Source: Mustelus asterias (lineage: Eukaryota). From it: a stretch of DNA of 64,000 bases. The notes under the pieces are model-generated. The model searched no databases, was not told the DNA's origin, and was given only the letters and a program-made list of their open reading frames with translations. Each line of letters opens with the position of its first letter. The first letter of the stretch is position 1. Shown piece by piece: positions 41,749-54,399 of this stretch. Made by a program: the position numbers and the translations under genes. The stretch lies in NCBI RefSeq assembly GCF_964213995.1, contig NC_135801.1:175894001-175958000 (forward strand), read 5' to 3'.

Positions 41749-42339
41749 GTTCAAGTCCAGAACCAGGACTTGCTGGCCACGGGAGGAGCATTCATAATGT
41801 TGTTCAGTGGACTGATAATCAGCTTGGGAATCCTTTCACCAATCCCTTTATTACTTCCCAAAGGGAAAAAACAGCCTGGGTGTGAAGATATGCTTTAAAA
41901 AAATGGGCGCTGACAAAAGTCATACTGAAGATTTGTGTATTTGAATGCATTGTGTCGGAGCCAAGCTCTTCCAGTACAGTTACAACACTGGGATAGAAAC
42001 ATAGAAACAGAAAAACTACAGCACAAGACAGGCCCTTCGGCCCCACAAGTTGTGCCGAACATATCCCTACCTTTTAGGCCTCTACCCAACGACATGGAAA
42101 ATTGCCCAGGTAAGTCCTGTACTCAAAAAGTAGGACAAATCCAATCTGACCAATTAGCCCCATTTATCATCGGCTAATTTGTAGAAAGTATCGTCGACAG
42201 TGATATCGAGTGCACTTACATGGCAATAACTTGCTCAATCATAGAATCCCTAGAGCGCAGAAAGAGGCCATTCGGCCCATAAAGTCTGCACTGACAACAA
42301 TCGCAGCCAGGACCTATCCCCAAAATTATCCATTTATTG

Positions 42340-44514
42340 CTGAATTAAACTAATAAATAAATATGACATTAGACAGCAAATTAGAGGAGTAAATTGGAAG
42401 GAGGTATTCTCGGGGAAATGTACTGAAGAGAGGTGGCAGTTTTTCAAGGAATGTCTGTCTAGAGTTCTACAGGACAACGTTCCAAGCAGACAGGGAGGTG
42501 TTGGTCGGTTAAAGGAACCGTGGTGCACGAAAGCTGTGCGGGACCTAGTCGAGAAGAAAAGGAAAGTGTACAAAAAGCTCAGAGAGCTTGGCAAAGATAG
42601 GGATTTAGCAGAGTATACAGCTTGTAGGAAGGGACTAAAGAAGGAAATTAGGAGAGCCAGAAGGGGTCACGAGAAGGCCCTGGCAGGTAGGATTAAGGAG
42701 AACCCTAAGGCGTTCTATAAATATGTGAAGAGTAAAAGGATGAGACGTGAAGGAATAGGGCCTATAAAAGGTGAAGGCGGGAAAGTCTGTACAGAACCAG
42801 TAGAAATGGCAGAGGTGCTCAATGAGTATTTTGCCTCGGTTTTCATAGAGGAGAAGGACCTGGGTGGATGTACTGCGGGCGTGCAGTGGACTGAAATGAT
42901 TGAGTATGTGGACGTTAAGAAAGAGGTTGTGCTGGAATCTTTGAATGGCATCAAGATAGATAAGTCGCCGGGTCCGGATGGGATGTATCCCAGGTTACTG
43001 TGGGAGGCGAGGGAAGAGATTGCAGAGCCTCTGGCGATGATCTTTGTGTCGTCGATGGAGACGGGGGAGGTGCCGGAGAATTGGAGGATTGCGGATGTGG
43101 TTCCTATTTTCAAAAAGGGGAATAGGGATAGCCCAGGTAATTACCGATCGATGAGTCTAACCTCAGTGGTTGGTAAGCTGATGGAGAAGATCCTGAGGGA
43201 CAGGATATATGAGCATTTAGAGAGGTTTAGTATGCTCAAGAATACTCAGCATGGCTTTGTCAAGGGCAGATTGTGCTTTACGAGCCTGGTGGAGTTCTTC
43301 GAAAATGTGACTAAACACATTGACGAAGGGAAGGCGGTAGATGTGGTTTATATGGATTTTAGCAAGGTGTTCGATAAGGTCCCCCATGCAAGGCTTCTAG
43401 AAAAAGTGAGAGGGCATGGGATCCAAGGGGCTGCTGCCCGGTGGATCCAGAACTGGCTTGCCCAAAGGAGGCAGAGAGTGGGTATGGATGGGTCTTTTTC
43501 TAAATGGAGGTCGGTCACCAGTGGTGTGCCCCAGGGATCTGTTCTGGGACCCTTGCTGTTTGTCATTTTCATAAATGACCTGGATGAGGAAGCGGAGGGT
43601 TGGGTTGGTAGGTTTGCTGACGACACGAAGGTTGGTGGGGTTGTGGATAGTCTGGAGGAATGTCAGAAGTTACAGAGGGACATAGATAGGATGCAAGACT
43701 GGGCGGACAAGTGGTACAGATGGACTTCATCTGATAAATGCGTCGTGGCCCATTTTGGTAGGTCAAATGGGATGAAGGAGTACAATATAAAGGGAAAGAC
43801 TCTTAGTACTGTAGAGGATCAGAAGGACCTTGGGGTCCGGGTCCATAGGACTCTGAAATCGGCCCCGCAGGTGGAGGAGGTGGTTAAGAAGGCATATGGT
43901 GTGCTGGCCTTTATCAATCGAGGGATTGAGTTTAGGAGTCTGGGGATAATGATGCAGCTATATAAGACCCTCGTCAGACCCCACTTGGAGTACTGTGCTC
44001 AGTTCTGGTCGCCTCACTATAGGAAGAATGTGGAAAAGATTGAAAGGGTGCAGAGGAGATTTACAAGGATGTTGCCTGGATTGAGTGGCATGCCTTATGA
44101 GGATAGGCTGAGGGAGCTCGGTCTTTTCTCCATGGAGAGACGAAAGATGAGAGGAGACCTAATAGAGGTGTATAAGATGTTGAGAGGCGTAGATCGGGTG
44201 GGCTCTCAGAGGCTTTTTCCCAGGGTGGAAATGTCTGCTACGAGAGGACACAGGTTTAGGATGCTGGGGGGTAGGTACAGGGGAGATGTTAGGGGTAAGT
44301 TTTTCACAGAGGGTGGTGGGCAAGTGGAATCGGCTGCTGTCAGTGGTGGTGGAGGCAAACTCAATAGGGTCTTTTAAGAGACTCCTGGATGAGTACATGG
44401 AGCGTAATAGGATGGAGGGTTATAGGTAGGTCTAGAAGGTAGGGATGTGTTCGGCACAACTTGTGGGCCGAAGGGCCTGTTTGTGCTGTTGTTTTTCTAT
44501 GTTTCTATGTTTCT
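42340..44514 (+). mobile_element. CR1 LINE (HER1-like), 5'-truncated
   Basis: 613-aa ORF at 42536-44377 and GTTTCTAT tail. Confidence 0.95.
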
Positions 44515-44823
44515 AAAAGTAAAGTTTATTTATCAATCACAAGTAGGCTTACATTAACACTGCAATGAAGTTACTGTGAAAACCCCCAAGTCGCCACACT
44601 CCAGCGCCTGTTCGGGTACACTGAGGGAGAATTTAACATGGGCAATGCACCTAACCAGCACGTCTTTTCGGACTGTGGGAGGAAACTGGAGCACTTGGAG
44701 GAAACCCATGCAGACACGGGGAGAACGTGCTGACTCCACACAGACAGTCACCCAAGCCAAGAATCAAACCCGGGTCCCTGGCACTGTGAGGCAGCAGTGC
44801 TATGCATTGTGCCACCATGCCGC
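44515..44823 (-). mobile_element. HE1-type SINE, tail B
   Basis: Matches the other copies. Confidence 0.85.
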
Positions 44824-45489
44824 ACCGATTAGGGTGATTTGGTGGGCATGCACTCAGATCGAACCCACTCGTTTCAGATAGGCTTTCCATCTCCTCAGTC
44901 TGGGTTGGATCACAAATTCTCAGCAGTGAATGGGCATTGCCCGCCTAATTTATTCATTTATTAGGAATCAAAATCGATGTAAAAGAAAGGTATTTGTTAG
45001 AAATTTCTGGTTAAATAAACTAATTGAATGAAAAGAATTCGAATCATTTTCTTTTGTTCAAGGAAAATATTTTGTGTAAAGTGCGCCTGCATTTTGATCA
45101 CTCAATCCTACATATACTTGTTGTCCTTTTATATTAATATCAAATTCTGATGAAATCAAGCAGAAAGGTGTAAAGAAGCACGGTGAGGTGTGATCCAATG
45201 TCTTACAAATGAGTCTGTGGTTAGTTTATATCAGATCGCAGAAACGTGGTTATATTTGTTCACCCAGTGCTTACAGTTCTTCAGATGAACTACAGGATAT
45301 AGATTGCAATTTTAGTTTGACAGCTTTAGAGCAGAATGTTTTGTACATTGTTATATTATAAATTCCATTAATCGGATACAACTGACTATTTGACCATTGA
45401 CAATATAGTGCATGCTACCCTTTGAGAATAAAGAACGTAATAAGGTCAATATTAGCTGTGACTTCACCCATCTATATCGCATCAATTAT

Positions 45490-45711
45490 TTAAGTAAAGC
45501 TTATTTATTAGTTACAAGTAGGCTTACATTAACACTGCAATGAAGTTACTGTGAAAATCTAGTCGCCACACTCCGGCGCCTGTTCGGGTACATTGAGGGA
45601 GAATTTAGCATGGCCAATGCACCTAACCAGCATGTCTTTCAGACTGTGGGAGGAGATACCCATGCAGACACGAGGAGAATGTGCAAACTCCACACAGTGA
45701 CCCAAGCCGGA
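45490..45711 (-). mobile_element. HE1-type SINE, tail B (5'-truncated)
   Basis: Matches the other copies. Confidence 0.8.
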
Positions 45712-46620
45712 TGGTTATGGTTGCTACTCCCATACTGTCTTCTGTCAGCTGCTGCCTTGGCAGTAAGCAGAGCAGCAATGCTGAGGTGTTGGCTATGTCA
45801 GTGGTACGTCAAACCCTACAGGAATATTTATTTGTTAGGAGTTCCATGTGTAAGTTTCTGTAGCAATGTGTGCCCTTCTGCAGAATGGACATGCATGTTA
45901 AATACTCAAAAGGGCTATGAGATTGTCTGAACCTTTGTGGCATTGCATGTGTTACCAGTTTACTGAATCAGCTTGTTGATCACATATAGCCCTCAGGCAT
46001 ACACTTACACAAAGTACCATAAAGCATTGTATTTCTCATGTAAGGATGTAATCGTTGTTTTTCTTGAGGTGTCAAGCACCCCATATCACTGCTTAATGGA
46101 GCAAGCCTCAGCCCAAGAACATCTGCACTTCAATAGTCAGTTTCAGGATGGGCTAATCTAATCTAATCAAATCAGGGCAGGTGATGACCTCGTGGTATTA
46201 TCGCTAGACTATTAATCCAGAAACTCAGCTGTTGTTCTGGGGACCCAGGTTTGAATGCCACCAGGGCAGATGGCGGAATTTAAATTTAATTTTAAAAAAT
46301 CTGGAATTAAGAATCTACCGATGGCCATGAAACCATTGTCGATTGTCAGAAAAACCCATCTGGTTCACTAATGTCCTTTAGGGAAGGAAATCTGCCGTCC
46401 TTACCTGGTCTGTCCTGCATGTGACTCCAGAGACACAGCAATGTGGTTGACTCTCAGCTGCCCTTTGAAATGGCCTAGCAAGCCACTCAGTTCAAGGGTA
46501 ACTAGGGATGGGCAACCCAGTGACACCCATGTCCCACAAATGAATGAAAAAAAAGTCCTTTGTTCTGATTTGAGGACACCATTATCTGTTTTGGTCATTT
46601 AATTTCTATTCCATTCAAAA

Positions 46621-46845
46621 GTTGTTTCTCGGCCTTTTGGCTCAGGTCAAGCGTCAAATCAAGCTCAAGATGGGATGCAATGCCTTGTTGTGTCAGCTTG
46701 GATCTTGTTTATCTCTCTTGTGGGGACCCTGAATTGGATTCAATTGGAATTTGAATTTAGTTTTTGGAGCAAGCAAGGAGATGGATTCGGGTCTGCCTGG
46801 TCCACTCTGAGTGTTGGTTTTGTAATTTTAAGAATGGAATAAATT
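46621..46845 (+). pseudogene. U2 snRNA-derived sequence (pseudogene or SINEU-like retroposon)
   Basis: TTCTCGGCCTTTTGGCT..GGTCAAG matches the U2 5' end. TTTTTGGAGCA..GGAGATGGA...GTCCACTC matches the Sm site and stem-loop III. It has insertions and an AT-rich tail with AATAAA. Confidence 0.8.
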
Positions 46846-47003
46846 TTCTTTTAAGAAACCTACTCTCCTCATGTTGAAACCCAATACAGCCACATACAGC
46901 ATTTCCTTAATGAATGAAAGTCATCACAATTTAGACTGTACTATGTGCTTGGCTGAGCGCGTCATAGGCTTTTTATTTATTCTGTATTCCCTTTAACAAC
47001 AAA

Positions 47004-48634
47004 ATAATAGGCTGGAGGAAATAGATGTTCGGAGGGAGGATGTCTTGGCAGTTTTGAATAAACTGAAGGTCGATAAGTCCCCTGGGCCTGATGAAATGTA
47101 TCCTAGGATTCTTTGGGAGGCGAGGGATGAGATTGCAGAGCCTTTGGCATTGATCTTTGGGTCCTCGCTGTCCACGGGGATGGTGCCAGAGGACTGGAGA
47201 ATGGCGAATGTTGTTCCTCTGTTTAAGAAAGGGAATAGAAATGACCCTGGTAATTATAGACTGGTTAGTCTTACTTCGGTGGTTGGTAAATTGATGGAAA
47301 GGGTCCTTAGGGATGGGATTTACGACCATTTAGAAAGATGCGGATTAATCCGAGATAGTCAGCACGGATTCGTGAAGGGCAAGTCGTGCCTCACAAATTT
47401 GATATAATTTTTTGAGGAGGTAACTAAGTGTGTTGATGAAGGTAGGGCAGTTGATGTCATATACATGGATTTTAGTAAGGCGTTTGATAAGGTCCCCCAT
47501 GGTCGGCTTATGATGAAAGTGAGGAGGTGTGGGATAGAGGGAAAGTTGGCCGATTGGATAGGTAACTGGCTGTCTGACCGAAGACAGAGGGTGGTGGTCG
47601 ATGGAAAATTTTCGGATTGGAGGCAGGTTGCTAGCGGTGTGCCGCAGGGATCAGTGCTTGGTCCTCTGCTCTTTGTGATTTTTATTAATGACTTAGAGGA
47701 GGGGGCTGAAGGGTGGATCAGTAAATTTGCTGATGACACCAAGATTGGTGGAGTAGTGGATGAGGTGGAGGGCTGTTGTAGGCTGCAAAGAGACATAGAT
47801 AGGATGCAAAGCTGGGCTGAAAAATGGCAAATGGAGTTTAACCCTGATAAATGTGAGGTGATTCATTTTGGTAGGACAAATTTAAATGTGGATTACAGGG
47901 TCAAAGGTAGGGTTCTGAAGACTGTGGAGGAACAGAGAGATCTTGGGGTCCATATCCACAGATCTCTAAAGGTTGCCAGTCAAGTGGATAGAGCTGTGAA
48001 GAAGGCCTATAGTGTGTTAGCTTTTATGAACAGGGGGTTGGAGTTTAAGAGCCGTGGGGTTATGCTGCAACTGTACAGGACCTTGGTGAGACCACATTTG
48101 GAATATTGTGTGCAGTTCTGGTCACCTCACTATAAGAAGGATGTGGAAGCGCTGGAAAGAGTGCAGAGGAGATTTACCAGGATGCTGCCTGGTTTGGAGG
48201 GTAGGTCATATGAGGAAAGGTTGAGGGAGCTAGGGCTGTTCTCTCTGGAGCGGAGGAGGCTGAGGGGAGACTTAATAGAGGTGTATAAAATGATGAAGGG
48301 GATAGATAGAGTGAACGTTCAAAGACTATTTCCTCGGGTGGATGGAGCTATTACAAGGGGGCATAAATATAGGGTTCGTGGTGGGAGATACAGGACGGAT
48401 ATCAGAGGTAGGTTCTTTACGCAGAGAGTCGTTGGGGTGTGGAATGGACTGCATGCAGTGATAGTGGAGTCAGACACTTTAGAAACATTTAAGCGGTTAT
48501 TGGATAGGCACATGGAGCACACCAGGATGATAGGGAGTGGGATAGCTTGATCTTGGTTTCAGATAAAGCTCGGCACAACATCGTGGGCCGAAGGGCCTGT
48601 TCTGTGCTGTACTGTTCTATGTTCTATGTTCTAT
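47004..48634 (+). mobile_element. CR1 LINE 3' portion
   Basis: RT ORFs at 47045-47407 and 47465-48550; GTTCTAT tail; same subfamily as 59750-62047. Confidence 0.95.
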
Positions 48635-49211
48635 AATTTTGTTGTGCCAATCGAATATTTTTATTTTTAAAAAGAAATTCAAACCCACTTAAGTGTCATT
48701 TAAGTTAGTAAAGTATATTTGACACATTTACTGGAGAGTGTTTCTGTTGCGATGCCACTCTGTTAAATCTAAATGCACAACCAAAACAAAATCAATGTGC
48801 CACCTTCTGGTGATAAAATGAAACTGGAACAAGGTAGAGGCTGAGTGGGGGCCACGACCAAAGCTTCCATTAAATCCCCTTTTTCCATAAGACCATAAGA
48901 CCGAGGAGCAGAATTAGGCCACTCGGCCCATCAAGTCTGCTCCGCCATTCAATCATGGCTGATATTTTTCTCATCAATGGTTGTGCAGACTGGCACATGG
49001 GTTATTTAAATGATCGAAACCTTTGTTTACATTCATTTTTTTGCTGTCTGTTTTTGTGTGAGTTTCTATACTCTGCAGTACAAACCCTTGTTGGATTAGG
49101 AAAGTAATTTTCTCCCAAAACTTGTCAGCTTTTTAAACTTCATTTCACACTCACTGAGTTACATCACAACCAGTTTTGATCCAGTCTCTACCTCTGTATT
49201 ATTCCCTGTGA

Positions 49212-49334
49212 GAAGTCGAGCAACACCAGGTTAAAGTCCAACAGGTTTATTTGGTAAACCTGTTGGACTTTAACCTGGTGTTATTAGACTTCTTACTGTG
49301 TTTACCCCAGTCCAACGCCGGCATCTCCACATCG
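49212..49334. mobile_element. Penelope-like fold-back mini-insertion
   Basis: TTATTCCCTGTGA duplication (49199-49211 and 49335-49347); hairpin of the AACACCAGGTTAAAGTCCAACAGGTTT arm. Confidence 0.75.
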
Positions 49335-50388
49335 TTATTCCCTGTGATCCAGTCTCTCCCTCTGGTATGGAAGTGCATTGTCTGCTACCTTACCCAGTTC
49401 CCCCCAGACCAAACACAACCCCCCGCCCCGCCATTGGCATGACACGGTTCATGCCCAGGCAGGTCAGGAACCTTATTTAAATACATTTCAACGTTATTAA
49501 TGGGCTTCGTCTCCCCACATTCGGATCTGTCTGGGGCAATGTGAACCAGGTGAAGAGAACCCCCCGGGGCACACAGGTATGTACAGCCCTCAAGGAGGAG
49601 ACGTACATGCCAGAGCAGTTCTCTCATACTGCTCCCTGGCATTAGGTGGTGGATCCAAAAATGAGAATTGGGTGGCAGGTCGATAAGTGCCATTTGATAG
49701 CATTGTTGACTACTTCTTCCATTCGTCATGCTTGTTATGGACAAGACATGCTTAGGAAATGTTTCACATTGTCAGCATTGTACCTGGACTGGAGGAGTTT
49801 AGCTAGAAGGGCAGCTGGTTCTGGAGATCAAAATTTCAGCATGGCAGCTTCTAAGAGGGGCTCAGGTTGTTTGCAACAACTCCCCAGTTGTAGATCAAAT
49901 GAGGTTCTACAAGGCTTAACCATCCAGCAAGAACAGATACTTTAAATGGTGAATTCAGAAGGTTTATTAACCATTTAAAAAGTGAAAAGGTAACAATTCA
50001 GAAAGACAAAAAGCAAAATGTCAATTAACGTAAGACCATAAGACATGGGAGCAGAATTAGGCCACTCGGCCCATCGAGTCTGCTCCGCCATTTAATCATG
50101 GCTGATAATTAACAGCAAGAGGAGACAATTGAACAGATTTCTCACAACTCCGTGGGTACCAACACCTGAAGTCATAGTTCCAAAAACGTGGATAGCATGT
50201 TAACAAAATAGCTTCCTGAGACCTTTAGTTTATACCTTAAAGATGTCTTGGGTGCACCTTAGCCAGGCTGTTGGAGATAGCCAATTGGTCTATAACGTCT
50301 CAAAAATGAAATAAGAGCTTGGTTTTAGCTAATTACACACATTGTCCTGACCTTAAAGCAATGGATTCTCTTGGGCTAACTCAAAATG

Positions 50389-51062
50389 AATCATAGAATC
50401 CCTACAGTACAGAAGAGGCTATTCAGTCCATCGAGTCTGCATTGACTCCCCAGCAGCGTATCTTACCGAGGCCTTCTCCCCTACCCTATCGGGCGGCACG
50501 GGAGCGCAGTGGTTAGCACTGCTGCTTCACAGCTCCAGGGTCCCGGGTTCGATTCCCGGCTCGGGTCACTGTCTGTGTGGAGTTTGCACATTCTCCTCGT
50601 GTCTGCGTGGGTTTCCTCCGGGTGCTCCGGTTTCCTCCCACAGTCCAAAGATGTGCGGGTTAGGTTGATTGGCCAGGTTAAAAATTGTCCCTTAGAGTCC
50701 TGGGATGCGTAGGTTAGAGGGATTAGCGGGTAAAATATATGGGGGTAGGGCCTGGGTGGGATTGTGGTCGGTGCAGACTCGATGGGCCGAATGGCCTCCT
50801 TCTGCACTGTAGGGTTTCTATGTTTCTATGTTTCTATCTCTATAACCCCCACATTTACCATGGCTAATCTCCCCTAACCTATATATCTTGGGACACTAAG
50901 GGGCAATTTAGCATGGCCAATCCACCTAACCTGCAGATTTTTGGATTGTGGGAGGAAACTGGGGCACCTGGAGTAAACCCATGCAGACAGTAACCCAAGG
51001 CTGGAATTGAACCCAGGTCCCTGACGCTGTGAGGCAACAGTGCGAACCACAATGTTGGCACA
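50389..51062. mobile_element. HE1 SINE (+, 50491-50836) nested in an older HE1 SINE (-)
   Basis: The two halves of a minus-strand copy flank a full plus-strand copy. Confidence 0.85.
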
Positions 51063-52142
51063 TGGTTTTCCAAGAACATCTGATTCTGCTCACAGCATGC
51101 TCTTCAGGAGTCTTCACCGAGATGAAGTTGAACCAGAGACTCCCTGCTGTGCAGAAGGAGGCCATTCGGCCCATTGATTCTGCAAGAGCATCTTACCCAC
51201 ACCCAAGTACTCCAGCCGGTTCTGAAGTGGAGTATAGCAGGATTTTGAGGCTAATTTTAAGGATTGAAGGACTGGGTTATGAGAATTCCTGGAAAATCTG
51301 GAACTCTGAGCCTTCAAAGGAGATGACAGTGAAGGGACCTCAATTGAGTGTGATTCTAAGTGAAATGGAAAAGGTTACTACAGAGCTTGATAGCATGACT
51401 ATGGGACAAGTGGACTTGGCATGAATTGATCAACAGACAGTGCAAAATAGCAAATAATAGTTTTTTAAAAACACTCAGCAGTTTTTTTTCCAAAGAGTTA
51501 AAGGGCAGGATTTTTAAATGCCTTCACACGCAACAGCTCCCTTTGACAGTTCATCTTGAAACTTTTGACAGTTGGTTTTGGCAGTTCCAATGAGTTTATG
51601 CACTTTTAAAATGCATATTGATGTCTACTTTTAGAATTCCAGAAGGCAAATTACCTCCACAAAGGTGTCCAGGGATCATTTCAAAGAGGTAGCTTACCTC
51701 TCCAAAAGGGTTCCCTGGATTTTCCAAACGAATTCACAAAGTGCAGACCTGCTCCAAACCAGGTCTAATCTGCGCACGTCAGGCTTCAGACATCTCTCAC
51801 CCCCAAATCACACCAGTGGAAGCAGCTGCTGATTTCTATGGACAGGCTCCCTCCACCAAATGCACATGAACGAATCCCAACCCTGTTCCATTCCAGCCGC
51901 TGTGCCCTGTTCCAACTGTTCTCATTCACCTCTGCTGTTACTGAATCGAAAAACACAAACAAGTCAGTCAAGCTTGCTGCTGCTCATTCCAGAGGACTCC
52001 AGAGGTCCAGTCACATCTTTAGACAGGAAACAAAAAAGTGGGGCCGGGGGAGGGGGGGGGTGGGGGAGGAGTAAAATCTTCAAGTGTCGATGAGAAAGGA
52101 AAATTTGAAAAGGAGCGAAGAACAAAAATAGGAATAAGAAGT

Positions 52143-52451
52143 GGACGGCACGGTGGCACAGTGGTTAGCACTGCTGCCTCATAGCACCAGGGACCTGGGT
52201 TCAATTCCTGGCTTGGATCACTGTCTGTGTGGAGTCTGCATGTTCTCGCTGTGTCTGCGTGGGTTTCTTCCCACACTCCAAAGATGTGTGGGTTAGGTGG
52301 ATTGGCCGTGCTAAACTGCCCCTTAGTGTCAGGGCGACTAGCTAGGGTAAATGCATGGGGTTATGGGGTTAGAGCCTGGGTGGGATTGTGGTCGGTGCTG
52401 GCTTCATGGGCCGAATGGCCTCCTTCTGCACTGCAGGATTCTATGATTCTA
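52143..52451 (+). mobile_element. HE1-type SINE, tail A
   Basis: Matches the other copies. Confidence 0.88.
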
Positions 52452-53858
52452 AGAATGCAGAATCAGTTAATATTGGATCTCAGTAACCAGTCAGCAATGA
52501 TTCTTATTTTTATATATTATTATATTCCTATTCCCATTCTACATTCCAACGGTCATTCCTACATTCATCAAAGTAAAGATAACAGCTGCATTGTTCCGTG
52601 CACTGTAGAAGAGATTTCCCAACCTCAATGTATATAATTTTGCGACTGCCCTCCTCCTCAACTTCATTCCATTATAACACTTGGATAGATTTCCTGTTTG
52701 GACTGTTCAGCTGGAACTTCTCATTCAACACCACTGAGAAATGGAGAAACCTCTTGGTATTTCTCAGAATTAAAGGATTTGCTTTGATAAGCCATCTGGT
52801 GCACTAATGCCCTTTAGGGAAGGAAATCTGCTGTCCTTACCTGGTCTGACCTACATGTGATTCCAGAGCCACAGCAATGTGATTGGCTCCGAAATGCCCG
52901 CAGGGATGGGCAAAAAAGGGCCCAGCCAGCGACGCCCACATTCCATGAATGAATAATAAAAAAAGGTCTTTCTGAAGATTGCATCATAACCACACAAATA
53001 ATCTAATCCTACTCAGACCCAATTGTAATGTGCTCCAACACGTCTGCAGTACAACCTGCAGTTTAGAAATCCCAATTTGAGCACTTTTACATTTTCTGGT
53101 CACTTCTGCAAGCAAAATCTTTGTCGTTCTTGGGCAAAAGTTCACCTTCGTCTACCTTTGCCCATAATAAGTGAAAGTGGAAAATGTTGAAATTCCTCTG
53201 CAGATCAGGCAGATTGGAGAGGGTGAGGGAGTTAACGTTTCAGATCTGTGACCTTTCATTGGAACATTGCTTTTAGCATTGCTACTGGAGAAAAGTCTCT
53301 GCAATGCCAAGCAACCCACGGATTATCAGTTAACGCTAATGATTAAAAGGTGAGAATCTCAAGAGCAGCAAACAAGGCGGTGGTGTCGGGATAGCAGCCA
53401 TTAGACTAACTCTAACCTTCCATTTCCATTTCCTCCCCATGTTAAAGGCCATTGAAGGTCAAGAGGCTGTGTGTTTAACTCATACACGAATATGCCCAGC
53501 CCAATAGAAGCAGTTTCACACACTGCAGGCAAAGCTTCCTTTCTGTATTTCTTTCTTCTGAACATCTTTTTTTCAGTTTCGCTGGCCCTGATGGTTGAAT
53601 GTTTGGGAGTCTTCGCTCTAGCGTGAGCAAGAACAACTACATTGCTGAGAAGGTGACTTTCAATGTTCACCAGTTCCCCATTTTGAAAAAGCAGCTGTAA
53701 GTCACGCTGGCAGGCCGCCACACCACTGGAGAGGTTTTTCCTTCATGGGAATGTTACATCAGGGAGGCCCATTTGTTAGATGTAAATGTATTATGATGGG
53801 GTTCCCTTCATTGTATGGTGGGAACCCTGTAACATTACTTGTGCGGTCACAAGGAGTG

Positions 53859-54182
53859 GGGCGGCCCGGTGGCACAGTGGTTAGCACTGCTGCCTCAGAG
53901 CACCAGGGACCCGGGTTCGATTCCAGCCTCGGGTCACTGTCTGTGTGGAGTTTGCACGTTCTCCCCGCGTCTGCGTGGGTTTCCTCCGGATGCTCCAGTT
54001 TCCTCCCACACTCCAAAGATGTGCAGGTTAGGTTGATTGGCCATGGTAAATTGACCCTAGTGTCAGGGGGATTGGTAAGGTAAATGAGGGTTACGGGAAT
54101 AGGGCCAGGGTGGGATTATGGTCGGTACTGACTCAATGGGCTAAATGGCCTCCTTCTGTACTGTAGGGATTCTATGATTCAA
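53859..54182 (+). mobile_element. HE1-type SINE, tail A
   Basis: Matches the other copies. Confidence 0.88.
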
Positions 54183-54399
54183 TGAGTGGGGACAGTCGAG
54201 CAGGGAAATCCCGCCAGTGTAAAAGCAGGTTTGGGTCTCTCACTTAATTCTCCAACTTTCTGCCATTCCCACCTGCCATAAAGGGGAACAGAAAGTCACT
54301 CTTCCCCTCCCTGCCCCCCACAGTGATCTTCGTATCATCCATTTTAGGTGACAATGGAAAAGAACAAAGAACAATCCAGAATAAGAAACATTAAATAGG

